38,835 nucleotides of DNA from a virus (Duplodnaviria > Caudoviricetes): IMG/VR virus record IMGVR_UViG_3300012682_000010, positions 1 through 38,835 of that record. One strand, given 5' to 3'. The notes below the pieces were generated by a model, which ran no database searches, was not told where the DNA came from, and saw only the letters and a list, made by a program, of their open reading frames with translations. This document shows, piece by piece, positions 17,875 through 26,496 of the stretch (the stretch's first letter is position 1; each line of letters starts with the position of its first letter). The position numbers and the translations under genes were made by a program.

Positions 17875-19295
17875 AGCGGTCCTCCGTGGTGTGCGGCTTC
17901 GAACTCGTTCAGGTCGCGGATGCGGCCCCACGCCGGCTGGTAGGCGAGCTTCACGACGCCCACGCCGCCGTTCCGCTGCTTTGGGCAGATCACCTCGAGC
18001 ACCCCGGCGTCACGGCTGCCGGCGCCGTTGTAGACCTCGTCGCGGTACAGGAACAGGACGTTGGAGGCGTCCTGTTCGAGGGCGCCGGAGTCGCGCAGGT
18101 CGGACAGCATCGGCCGCTTGTCGCCCCTCGACTCGACGCTCCGGTTGAGCTGGGAGAGGAGCAGGACGTGGCAGCCGAGGTCGCCGGCCAGCACCTTGAT
18201 GGCCCGGGAGACGTCGGCCACCTGGTCGTTCCGGTTGGCGTCTCGCCGACTGTGTGGGGTGACGAGTTGGGCGTAGTCGATGATGACGAGGCCGCCGTCC
18301 ATGCCGATGCGCCGTCCGGCGTGGCCGATGGCGGCGATGTTGGCGCCGTAGTTGTCGAGGACGTGGAGGGGGACGCCAGCGAAGGTGGACACCGACCCTT
18401 CGACCCGGGCCCATTCGAGCGCGTCGAGGGTGGCTGAGCGGATGTTGTGGAGGCGGACCTGGGCGACGGTCCCGAGCCACCGTTTGCCGATCTCCTCAGC
18501 CTTCATCTCGAGGCTGGCGAACAGGACGGGGCGGCCGGCGAGGGCGACCTGCCAGCCGAGCACGACGGCGAACTGCGACTTACCCATAGCCGGCCTGGCG
18601 CCGACGATGGTGATGTCGCCGGGTGAGAGGCCGAGCAGGAGGTTGTCGAGGTCGGCCCAGCCGGTAGGGATGCCGTCGATGATGTCGCCCTTCTCGGCCC
18701 GGTCAGCGAGCCGTTCGAGGACGGCGTGTATGACGCTGTCGAGTCGGCGGGTGGTGGCGCCCTTCGTGCGGCGAAGGCTGTAGATGAGCTGTTCGACTTG
18801 GGCTACGGCGCCGTCGGTGTCCTCGGGGGTGGTGTAGGCGAGCGCGGTCATGGTGTTGGCGGCGTGGATGACGGCCCGGTAGGTGTGCATCTCCTCGACG
18901 ATGCGGGCGTACCGGCCGGCGTTGCCTGTGGCTGGGGTGGCGGCCTGGAGGGCGACGAGGGTGCCGGCGCCGCCGGCCTGTTCGAGGGTGCCTTGGCGGG
19001 TGAGGGCGTCGGTGACGGTGAGGGCGTCGACCGGTTCTCCTCGGCCGTGGAGGGCTTGTATGGCGGCGAAGACGTGGGCGTGGGCGGGCTTGTAGAACTC
19101 GTCACCGGTGAGCACTTCGAGGCCGGCGTCCACGGCGGCGCGGCTGAGGAGCATCGCCCCGAGGAGCGACTCTTCGGCTTCGAGGTTCTGGGGCGGTTGG
19201 GGGTCCCTGTTGCGGCGGCGCGCGGCGCTGAGGTCGATGGGTGCGGTGTCGTCGGCCGGCGGCGCGTTGTGGTCGTCGTGCGGGGGGGCGCTCAT
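17871..19295 (-). CDS. dnaB: Replicative DNA helicase, DnaB family
   Basis: PPQNLEAEESLLGAML, GARPAMGKS, IIDYAQL, LSQLNRSVESRGDKRPMLSDLRDSGALEQDA, KQRNG; start ATG 19295. Confidence 0.97.
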   Translation of the reverse strand: MSAPPHDDHNAPPADDTAPIDLSAARRRNRDPQPPQNLEAEESLLGAMLLSRAAVDAGLEVLTGDEFYKPAHAHVFAAIQALHGRGEPVDALTVTDALTRQGTLEQAGGAGTLVALQAATPATGNAGRYARIVEEMHTYRAVIHAANTMTALAYTTPEDTDGAVAQVEQLIYSLRRTKGATTRRLDSVIHAVLERLADRAEKGDIIDGIPTGWADLDNLLLGLSPGDITIVGARPAMGKSQFAVVLGWQVALAGRPVLFASLEMKAEEIGKRWLGTVAQVRLHNIRSATLDALEWARVEGSVSTFAGVPLHVLDNYGANIAAIGHAGRRIGMDGGLVIIDYAQLVTPHSRRDANRNDQVADVSRAIKVLAGDLGCHVLLLSQLNRSVESRGDKRPMLSDLRDSGALEQDASNVLFLYRDEVYNGAGSRDAGVLEVICPKQRNGGVGVVKLAYQPAWGRIRDLNEFEAAHHGGPL

Positions 19296-20302
19296 GGGGC
19301 CTCGCCGAACAGGGTGGGTGTGTCGTGGAGGCAGCCGGGTGAGAACCACAGCGTCTCCTTGTGCCGATTGACGCTGTTCTGGCCGCCGCCGGCCGTGGTG
19401 CCGTAGCCGAGCGACGCCGAGTAGCGGTGGCGCCGCCAGCCGGGTGGGATGATGTGGTCGTGTTCGTCGACGTAGCCGGCGAGGACGATTCTCAGGCGCG
19501 GGTTGTTGCCGTGGTCGACGGCCCACCGTGCCACCTCGGTGCTGATCGTGTGGTCGTCGACGGCGTACAGGTCTGCGGTGCGGACGTCGCCGAGGTAGGG
19601 CGGGTCGAGGAACACCCCTACGGTGCCGCCATAGTTGAGTGCCCCGTTGGTGACGACCCGTGACCAGTCGCCGCAGCAGACCCGGACTCTGCGGAGCCGG
19701 TCGGCGAGCGCACGCATGTACCCGTAGACGGGTGGTTCCCGCCCGGCGTTGCCGAGGTGGGGGAGCTGGCGGTTCACGCCCCGCCCGGCGTTGCCGAGGT
19801 GGGGGCGCTGGCGGTTCACGCCCCGCCCGGCGTTGCCGAGGTGGGGGCGCTTGCCTTCTTCGTCGGCAATCCAGGGTCCGGTGCCGGAGCACCACCCGGA
19901 CCCGATCCACGCGTTGATGCCCCACACCCACCAGCCGGCGACCTTCACGTCGTAGAAGTCGGGGTCCGCTTCCAGCCCGGCGATCCGGGCCTTGCCCTCG
20001 TTGACGAGCCACAGGTGGCGGGAGAACAGGTCTGCCTCGTTCACCGGCCAGTCGGCATGGAACGCCACCCCGTCTGGGTCGGCGGCAAGCGCCCGCCAGA
20101 AGTTGGTCAGGTGCAGGTCGGCGTCGTTGACCGTCTCAGCCCGGCCCCGGTGCCAGGAGGGCCTTGCGAGGAGCGCGGCGAGGCTGCCGGCGAACGGTTC
20201 GACGTAGTTGTCGACGTCGCCGAGCGCAGACCAGACGAGGGGGGCGACGCGCCGTTTCCCGCCGAACCAGATGAACGGGGCCTTGAGGCCAGCCGCGCTC
20301 AC
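19292..20302 (-). CDS. DNA adenine methyltransferase (Dam/D12-like, alpha order)
   Basis: PFIWFGGKRR, YVEPFAGS, ETVND, FLDPPY. Confidence 0.9.
   Translation of the reverse strand: MSAAGLKAPFIWFGGKRRVAPLVWSALGDVDNYVEPFAGSLAALLARPSWHRGRAETVNDADLHLTNFWRALAADPDGVAFHADWPVNEADLFSRHLWLVNEGKARIAGLEADPDFYDVKVAGWWVWGINAWIGSGWCSGTGPWIADEEGKRPHLGNAGRGVNRQRPHLGNAGRGVNRQLPHLGNAGREPPVYGYMRALADRLRRVRVCCGDWSRVVTNGALNYGGTVGVFLDPPYLGDVRTADLYAVDDHTISTEVARWAVDHGNNPRLRIVLAGYVDEHDHIIPPGWRRHRYSASLGYGTTAGGGQNSVNRHKETLWFSPGCLHDTPTLFGEAP
19740..19851. repeat. 42-bp tandem repeat (about 2.7 copies) encoding RPHLGNAGRGVNRQ inside the methyltransferase
   Basis: gcccggcgttgccgaggtggggg recurs at 19741, 19783 and 19825. 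Confidence 0.9.
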
Positions 20303-20493
20303 TCGTCGAGGAACGGCCAGGCCCGCTCGGTGGCCTTGGCGGCGTGCATCTGGGCGCCGAGGATGAGTCGGACGGCGGGACCGACCCGGCCGTTGTCGGC
20401 CAGGTCGATGGCGGCGCGGGCCATGTTGATGGCGCAGGCGGCGTGGGCGGCGGCGAGCGCTTCCTGGTGGTCGTGGTCGGCGCGGGCGGTCAT
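20299..20493 (-). CDS. Hypothetical protein (64 aa)
   Basis: 4-bp overlaps on both sides; Ala-rich helical. Confidence 0.65.
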   Translation of the reverse strand: MTARADHDHQEALAAAHAACAINMARAAIDLADNGRVGPAVRLILGAQMHAAKATERAWPFLDE

Positions 20494-21008
20494 CGGATCA
20501 CCCGATGGAGCCGGGAGCGGGCCCGGTGCATGGCCAGTCCCCGCTCTGTCTTGAACCGCACCCCGCAGTCACAGACGGCAGGGTGGGCGGCGAGGTCTGT
20601 GGCGGCGTCTAGGGCCAGGATCATGGGGATCGCCTTGCGGTGGTCCCAGTAGTCCCGCACCTTCTGCCCGATGTGCCGCCCGAGCGAAACCCCCGAGTCC
20701 CGGTGGGAGCCGTAGCCGAACATGCGCCAAGCGGCGCAGGCGTCCCGTAGGGCGTGGGCTGCGTCCTCTACGTCCTGGTAGGTGAAGAACAGTCCAGCCG
20801 GCTTGCTGTGGGTCTCGTTCTCGCCGGCCGAGACGAGGGTGAGGTTCTGGGGGGAACAGGCGGGGGTGACGGGGATAATGGCCGGCTCGCGGTCGGGGTA
20901 GACGAGCACGACGAAGGCGACGTGCGGGTCGCCGTGCCGGCCTACGGCCAGGTCGGTGGCGAACGTCTCGAACCGGCGGACGAGGGGCGTGCGCAGATCG
21001 TCGGTCAT
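20490..21008 (-). CDS. Hypothetical protein with a C-terminal C2H2-like Zn finger
   Basis: Start re-called to ATG 21008 (GGAG upstream); CDCGVRFKTERGLAMHRARSRLH. Confidence 0.65.
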   Translation of the reverse strand: MTDDLRTPLVRRFETFATDLAVGRHGDPHVAFVVLVYPDREPAIIPVTPACSPQNLTLVSAGENETHSKPAGLFFTYQDVEDAAHALRDACAAWRMFGYGSHRDSGVSLGRHIGQKVRDYWDHRKAIPMILALDAATDLAAHPAVCDCGVRFKTERGLAMHRARSRLHRVIR

Positions 21009-21143
21009 CGGGTCAGCTCCCATCGGTGGAGGGCGTCTCGGGCTTCGGCGATGGCGTGCCGCCGGTCGATGGCGCGGCCGTTCAGGGCGTCGAGGATGCG
21101 GCGGAGGGCGGCGGCGAGCCTCGACGGCCGGGTCGGGGGTCAC
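21005..21143 (-). pseudogene. Small gene with an apparent frameshift near 21120
   Basis: The GTG 21143 frame reads MTPDPAVE. The +1 frame reads LAAALRRILDALNGRAIDRRHAIAEARDALHRWELTR*, with GC3-rich codons and a stop overlapping ATG 21008, but has no start of its own. Confidence 0.55.
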
Positions 21144-22510
21144 GGGTTGGCCGCCGTGGTGAGGTGGTCAACAACCGAAAGCGGGAACATGCCGAGGCGG
21201 TCGCGGGCCAGGTTGATGTTGCGGCGGTCGAGGTCGATGCCGATGGCTGAGCGGCCTTGGCCGAGGGCGGCGTCGAGGACTGTGCCGCTGCCGGCGAACG
21301 GGTCGAGGACCACGCCAGGGCGCCAGGTGGCGTGGCCGCAGTCGGTCCAGGTGTGCTCCCGTGTGACGTTCGTGGACATGACGAACTCACGGAAATACCC
21401 GCCGAGCACCTCTTTCGCTTCGGTGGCAAGCCGGGTGACGCGCTCGGTGTTGTGGCCGAAGCCGTTGTTGGTGACCTGCGCCTTGCCGGCGTCACTGGTG
21501 CCGAAGGCGCGGACCGCCAGGATGTGCTCGTCGGTCAGCCCTGCGGCGTCAGCGAGGGCAACGGCTCGCATCGTCTGCGGTCGGTCGGTGGCCCGGTAGG
21601 AGTCGAGGGTGAACTGGCCTGTGATCCGCCGTGACGGCTTCCCGCACTCCCGGCAGACACGTTCGGGGCACATCGCCCGGATCGGTGGGATGCACAGGGC
21701 GGCGGGAAACACGGCGTAGTGGCTGCCGGCGTACCCTTTCGGGCTGATCTTCCACCAGTCGAGCAACGGAGCGCCTGCAGGGTTGCCGCCTACGTGGTGG
21801 CCGTTGCCTCGTGCGTCACCGCCGGTCAGTCCGGTCGTGGCCCGGAAGTGGCCCATCGTCCGGCCCATCTCGTCGGGGTCGCTCTGGTGCGGCCCGCGGG
21901 TGGCGTCCTGGTCGAAGTAGCGGTCGGATGCTTTGCAGACAACGACCATCTCCGACGTGGCCGGCCGCCACTTGTCGCCCAACGCACCGACGGGCGGGTT
22001 GGGGTGCACCCAGCGGATCACGTTGCGTGCCCGCCACCGTGGGGTTTCCCGGCCGGTGAGCGGGTTGTGGCCGTAGACGAGGGCGACGCGGAACAGTTCG
22101 GGGATGAGGCACAGGCTCTTCGCCAGCGGCCTGCCTCTGTCGTCCCCGCCGGGGGTCCTCAGCCGGGCTGCCGAGCCATCGAACGCCGGCTGCCCCTCCC
22201 GTAGGCCCGCCGGCCCGTAGTCGCCACCCGCGCCACCGGACCCGCTGTAGGTGTCGCCCAGCTCGAAGCACATCGACCCGTGCGGCGCCAACACCCGGGC
22301 GCACGCCTCCACCACGTCGAGGAGGGCGTCCAAGAACGCGCCCGGCGTCGGTTCGCTGCCCATCTCGAACGGTTTCGCCGGGTCATCTGCCGGCAGGTAT
22401 GACCTGAGCGCCAGGAACGGCGGCGAGGTGACCACCAGGTCGACCGAGGCCGGCTCGAGGGTGGCGAGGACGGTGCGGGTGTCGCCCACGTGCCAGGTGA
22501 GGTCAGCCAC
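21140..22510 (-). CDS. Site-specific DNA methyltransferase (N4-C/N6-A, beta order) with an inserted domain
   Basis: GDTRTVL...VDLVVTSPPF, HYAVFPAAL, VLDPFAGSGT...GRSAIGIDL; start re-called to GTG 22510. Confidence 0.9.
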   Translation of the reverse strand: MADLTWHVGDTRTVLATLEPASVDLVVTSPPFLALRSYLPADDPAKPFEMGSEPTPGAFLDALLDVVEACARVLAPHGSMCFELGDTYSGSGGAGGDYGPAGLREGQPAFDGSAARLRTPGGDDRGRPLAKSLCLIPELFRVALVYGHNPLTGRETPRWRARNVIRWVHPNPPVGALGDKWRPATSEMVVVCKASDRYFDQDATRGPHQSDPDEMGRTMGHFRATTGLTGGDARGNGHHVGGNPAGAPLLDWWKISPKGYAGSHYAVFPAALCIPPIRAMCPERVCRECGKPSRRITGQFTLDSYRATDRPQTMRAVALADAAGLTDEHILAVRAFGTSDAGKAQVTNNGFGHNTERVTRLATEAKEVLGGYFREFVMSTNVTREHTWTDCGHATWRPGVVLDPFAGSGTVLDAALGQGRSAIGIDLDRRNINLARDRLGMFPLSVVDHLTTAANP

Positions 22511-22766
22511 GGTTGAGCCAGCCGCCCGGCACGTCCCAGTCGGGTTCGACGTCGACCAGCTCGCCATCGTCGATGTAGGCGACGTCCGTGCTGTCCTCGG
22601 CGAGCCACAGGCACAGCAGTGATGCGGCCTCATCCTTGTCGTCGTCGCTGGGCAGCGCCTCCCCTATCCGGCGCCACAGGTCAGCGAACCTGCCTTCGGG
22701 CGGCCAGGCGTAGACGTGGAGGCCGTCGTCGGCGACATGCCGGCCCGGTTCGGTGAGGTCGCTCAC
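22503..22766 (-). CDS. Acidic hypothetical protein
   Basis: GTG 22766 overlaps the WhiB stop; MSDLTEPGRHV... Confidence 0.6.
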   Translation of the reverse strand: MSDLTEPGRHVADDGLHVYAWPPEGRFADLWRRIGEALPSDDDKDEAASLLCLWLAEDSTDVAYIDDGELVDVEPDWDVPGGWLNRG

Positions 22767-23107
22767 GACGCCACCCGCCGGCCGCGCCCGCGGCGGAGGC
22801 GCTTCCGCTGCTTCTCGCTGAGCCCGCCCCACACGCCGAACCGCACCCCGGTGTCGAGCGCGTAGGTGAGGCAGGCGTCACGGACGGGGCAGCCGGCGCA
22901 CACCTTCTTCGCCGTCCCGGTGTCGTAGCCCCGGTCGGTGAAGAACAGGTCGGGCGGCATGCCCCGGCAGGCGGCCTGTTGGCGCCATGACGGGTCCGCC
23001 TCGCGGGCGCGGACGTCGACCCGTTCGGCCCGGCTGACCGGGTCGACAAGACCGGCGGCCTTCCGTGCCCGGTAGTCGCGCATCTGGTCTGCCCGGCTGG
23101 CACTCAC
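22763..23107 (-). CDS. whiB: WhiB family transcription factor
   Basis: WRQQAACRGMPPDLFF...AKKVCAGCPVRDACLTYAL...GVWGGLSEKQR: four Cys plus GVWGG; start GTG 23107. Confidence 0.95.
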   Translation of the reverse strand: MSASRADQMRDYRARKAAGLVDPVSRAERVDVRAREADPSWRQQAACRGMPPDLFFTDRGYDTGTAKKVCAGCPVRDACLTYALDTGVRFGVWGGLSEKQRKRLRRGRGRRVAS

Positions 23108-23628
23108 GGCGCCACCATCGGCGTTTCCCAGGTGACTGCGGCCAAACAGGCGGCCCGCATCGGGGTGAGGTGGTCGACGCCGCCGAGGAGGTGGTGGCCG
23201 ATGAGGGCGAGCCCCCAGGCGTCGGCTTCGTCGTCTTGCCGCCCGGTGTAGCCGACGGTTTGGGCGGCGGCGATCATCTGGTGTTTGTCGGCGTCGCCCC
23301 GCCCGGCCAAATGCTTTTTGAGGGTGCTGGTGGTGACGTAGGCGACGGGGCAGGTGTCGCCGAGCCGGTCGAGTACGACGGCGTGGAGCATGTTCAGGTC
23401 TCTTCCTGTTTTGCGGTTGGTGCCGGCGAACGGTGCTTCGATGACGGCGAGGACCGGCCAGAAGTCGCCGGTGATCGTGTCGATCCGGTCGGCGATGACG
23501 GTGCGCCGCCGGATGTCGGACCAGCCGGTGTGGGCGGTCAGGTTGGTGCGGATTCGGCCGGCGGCGCCGCCCCACACGGCCCAGCCGGTTGAGCGGACGC
23601 TGAGATCGAGCCCGAGCGGCGTTGTCAT
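23104..23628 (-). CDS. RuvC-like Holliday junction resolvase
   Basis: LGLDLSVRSTGWA, VIEAPF, LKKHLAGRGDADK, DDEADAWGLA; start ATG 23628. Confidence 0.88.
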   Translation of the reverse strand: MTTPLGLDLSVRSTGWAVWGGAAGRIRTNLTAHTGWSDIRRRTVIADRIDTITGDFWPVLAVIEAPFAGTNRKTGRDLNMLHAVVLDRLGDTCPVAYVTTSTLKKHLAGRGDADKHQMIAAAQTVGYTGRQDDEADAWGLALIGHHLLGGVDHLTPMRAACLAAVTWETPMVAP

Positions 23629-24137
23629 GCGCGCCTCCACCGCAGGATCGCCGCCATAAGCCACACGGGCTTCTGTGTTGGGTGGACGGTTGGCTCTCCG
23701 CTCTCTGTGGCCCGGAGGAGTCCCATCCAACGATGCCGGATCAGACGAGCGGGGCCGCCGAGATTCGACCACGCCATCTCCGCGTCGGCGTTGTCATTGA
23801 AGCCGATCGTTCGCTTGCCGGTTAGCCCATCGAGCTTGTCCCACACGATCCACGACGGGGACGGCGGTAGGCGGTCCGCGTAGTGGTTGGCACCGAACAG
23901 CACCACGCGGGGGAAGGTCAGGCAGGGCGCCGGATCGAACGGGGCGTCGTCCCCATAGACGGCCGGAAAATCTCGGCTCAGGCCGAGGCACGTCCTCCCG
24001 GCCGCGCCCCTCGCCGTCCGTTCGTTCACCCCGTAGGGCGGGTCGGTGAGGACGAGGTCCGCGCGAAGGTCAGGTAGCAGATCCCGACAGTCGCCGTGGT
24101 AGATGGTGATGCCGCCCTCGTCGTAGTACGGGGTCAC
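23625..24137 (-). pseudogene. C-terminally truncated N6/N4 DNA methyltransferase (lacks the SAM-binding motif I)
   Basis: PYYDEGGITIYHGDCRD, LTDPPYG, IVWDK, HPTQKPVWLM, then a stop; no DPFxGSGT motif follows. Confidence 0.75.
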
Positions 24138-25591
24138 GCCGCCTCCCCGCTGTCGGCGGCCTGGCCGCACGTCCGCTCGATCCGGGCGTCGGTCACGTGA
24201 GCGAAGCGGACCCGGACCGGTTCGGGCATGTCGTCGACGACGGCGTACCCGACGCCGGGCGTGTGCTCCGAGATGTTGTCGGCTCGTGCCCCACGGTCGC
24301 GGGCGCCTACCCCGAGGACAAGGTCGACCTGCCCGGCTTCCGCGGCCCGCAACGCCACCCGTGTCGGGAACAGGTCACGCATCCCCAACGTCTCCTTCCG
24401 GGCGTCCTGGGTGGCGCAGATCACGCTGTACCCGACCGCCCGACCCTGGCTCAACAGCATGCTGAGGGCGTTGCCGAGCTGTCGTCTCAGCGCCGGGTCC
24501 TGCACGTACGCGGTGAGACTGGCGATCTCGTCTACGACGATGACGATCAGCGGGTCGGCGACCGACGGGACCAGCTCGCGTGTCTTGCCTCGGAGCCGGT
24601 CGGCCCGGCGTTGCATGCCGGCGACGGCGGCGTCGAGCGCCGCCGCTATCTCCTCCGGCGGCCCGTGCACGAACTTGTGGAACAGCGGCTGCCCCAAGGC
24701 CAGTTCCATGCCGCCCTTCGGGTCGATGGCGAGCACCTTGACGGTGCCGGCCCGGATGGCGGGGGCCAGGCCTAGCAACAGCGACCAAATGACGGAGCCC
24801 TTGCCTGACCCGGTGAGCCCGGCGATCAGCAGATGCGAGTAGAGAACCCGGAGGGTGAACGGCGTCCCGTCCTCACGCATCCCCACTTCGATGGCTGACA
24901 GGTCAACCTCGGCCGGGCCGGCCGCCGGTCTCACGGGGACGTCGAGGGCGTCGGCGGTGAAGACGAGCAGGTCGAGTAGGTGGGCGCGTCGTGGCACGGT
25001 GCGGACCCGTACCTCGCGGGCGTCGAACGTTTGAGCGAGCCGTTCGGCCGCCTTCCCGTAGTCGCCGGCTGTCTGCCCGGGGCGCATCCGCAGGCGGATC
25101 ACGTCGTGGCCGTCGTCGGTGGTGACGCCGAGGAGGGTGGGCAGCATCTCCTGCCCGCGGTCTTGCTGGGTGAGCCCGGCGAACTTCATGGCGTTACGCC
25201 AGTCGCGGCGGTATGTGACGGCGGCCCGGACAACGGTGCGGAGCGCCGGCCGGGGTGTGCCGTCGTCGGTGTCGGCGAGGTGCCGTCGGCCGGCGGCGAG
25301 GAGTAGGACGGTGACGGCGGCGGCGGCGGGCGCCACGATCAGCCAGCCGTAGTCGTCGGCGGAGGCGACGAGTGCCCGCCACGCCCCGAAGACGAGGAGC
25401 ACACCGAGCGCCGTTTTCGGGTGACGGACAGCCCACACGGCCGCCAGCCACACGAACTTCAGGGAGAGGGCGGCGACGTAGAGGCCCCACGGGATTCGGA
25501 CGTGCGGGGTCCGGACGAGCGAGCCGCCTTTCCGTCCGCCGTGGACGGCGCGGTGGAGGGTGACGTCGAGTTTCGGGTCGTAGCGGGGCAC
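24134..25591 (-). CDS. FtsK/SpoIIIE DNA translocase of the actinomycete conjugative element (TraB/TraSA-like) type
   Basis: N-terminal TM segments; Walker A HLLIAGLTGSGKGS; IDPKGGMEL; Walker B IVVDEIASL; LSQGRAVG...ATQDARKE...RDLFPTRVALR; TPGVGY...PVRVR. Confidence 0.9.
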   Translation of the reverse strand: MPRYDPKLDVTLHRAVHGGRKGGSLVRTPHVRIPWGLYVAALSLKFVWLAAVWAVRHPKTALGVLLVFGAWRALVASADDYGWLIVAPAAAAVTVLLLAAGRRHLADTDDGTPRPALRTVVRAAVTYRRDWRNAMKFAGLTQQDRGQEMLPTLLGVTTDDGHDVIRLRMRPGQTAGDYGKAAERLAQTFDAREVRVRTVPRRAHLLDLLVFTADALDVPVRPAAGPAEVDLSAIEVGMREDGTPFTLRVLYSHLLIAGLTGSGKGSVIWSLLLGLAPAIRAGTVKVLAIDPKGGMELALGQPLFHKFVHGPPEEIAAALDAAVAGMQRRADRLRGKTRELVPSVADPLIVIVVDEIASLTAYVQDPALRRQLGNALSMLLSQGRAVGYSVICATQDARKETLGMRDLFPTRVALRAAEAGQVDLVLGVGARDRGARADNISEHTPGVGYAVVDDMPEPVRVRFAHVTDARIERTCGQAADSGEAA

Positions 25592-25782
25592 TAGGTGTTC
25601 GCCGTGTCAGGCTCGGCGTCGCGGGCGGGATCGGCAGCCCGGAGTGCGGCGACGTGCCTGCGGTCATGCCAGGCGAACACGACCACGACGAGCACCTGCA
25701 CGGCGAACACCACACCGAAGACGGCGGCGGCGACCACGACGGCGCCCGAGGGAGGGCCAGCCAGGAGCGACCCGGCAGTCAT
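25591..25782 (-). CDS. Small single-pass membrane protein
   Basis: ATG 25782; AVVVAAAVFGVVFAVQVLVVVVFAW; stop overlaps the FtsK start. Confidence 0.65.
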   Translation of the reverse strand: MTAGSLLAGPPSGAVVVAAAVFGVVFAVQVLVVVVFAWHDRRHVAALRAADPARDAEPDTANT

Positions 25783-25913
25783 CACTCGGGGACCCGTCCG
25801 GTCTCGGCGAACAGGCGGTAGAGGACGGGGCCGACCAGTTGGAGGAGGTCGATGATTCGGTCGGCGGCGAAGTTGGCCAGGAGCTCCCAGACGGCGGCGA
25901 GGGCGGCGGTCAC
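25782..25913 (-). CDS. Small amphipathic protein (43 aa)
   Basis: Hand translation MTAALAAVWELLANFAADRIIDLLQLVGPVLYRLFAETGRVPE*; overlaps both neighbours. Confidence 0.6.
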   Translation of the reverse strand: MTAALAAVWELLANFAADRIIDLLQLVGPVLYRLFAETGRVPE

Positions 25914-26122
25914 TTCGACGCCTCCAAGCACTGGGTGATCCGCCGGGCGAGCATCCGGGCGTCAGCACGGGACAGCCGTACGATCACCGTCCGGTCGGCT
26001 CTGAACAGCGTCAGGTCCACCAGGCGGCCGTCGGGGGCGACGGTGTTCACGTCACCGTTGCGGAGGCCGCCCGGGTGGTCCTCCCGCCAGAAGCGGAACG
26101 CGGCCGGGTAGTGGTGGACCAT
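25910..26122 (-). CDS. Hypothetical protein (70 aa)
   Basis: Coupled on both sides; LSRADARMLARRITQCLE helix. Confidence 0.65.
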   Translation of the reverse strand: MVHHYPAAFRFWREDHPGGLRNGDVNTVAPDGRLVDLTLFRADRTVIVRLSRADARMLARRITQCLEASK

Positions 26123-26496
26123 CAGCCGGCCTGCCCGTAGAGCCGGTCGAGTTCCTCGGCCAGGGCGGCGGAGTCAGCGAACCCGGTGCCGTCACAGACG
26201 ATGCAGTGCGCCCGCCAGTCCGGGCTCTCCCCGGCGCAGAACGGGCACGGGTCGGTGAGGGTGGCCCCGTCGTCGAGGAGGTGCCACAGGAGCAGCTGCT
26301 CGGCCGTCCCCGACCAGGTGAACGTGTCGCCCCACACGTCGTCGCCCCGCCCGAACCACCAGCCGATCTGGTCGTCCCAGCCGGCAGTGGCGACGGTCTG
26401 GTCGCCGTGGAGGGTGATGGTCCGCCCGTCGAGGACGGCGGTCGTCTCCCCGGTGTAGCCGTTGACGACCGGGGTCACGGCGGCGTGGGTCACCAT
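26122..26496 (-). CDS. Hypothetical protein with a DnaJ-like Zn-finger motif
   Basis: CPFCAG...CIVCDGTG; start overlaps the stop of the Gly-repeat gene. Confidence 0.65.
   Translation of the reverse strand: MVTHAAVTPVVNGYTGETTAVLDGRTITLHGDQTVATAGWDDQIGWWFGRGDDVWGDTFTWSGTAEQLLLWHLLDDGATLTDPCPFCAGESPDWRAHCIVCDGTGFADSAALAEELDRLYGQAG

Noticed and set aside
17871-20012. 713-aa DnaB with a long N-terminal extension, and similarly over-extended ORFs for RecT, WhiB and terS
   Set aside because: The extensions overlap upstream genes in another frame; RBS and 4-bp overlaps support the shorter starts.
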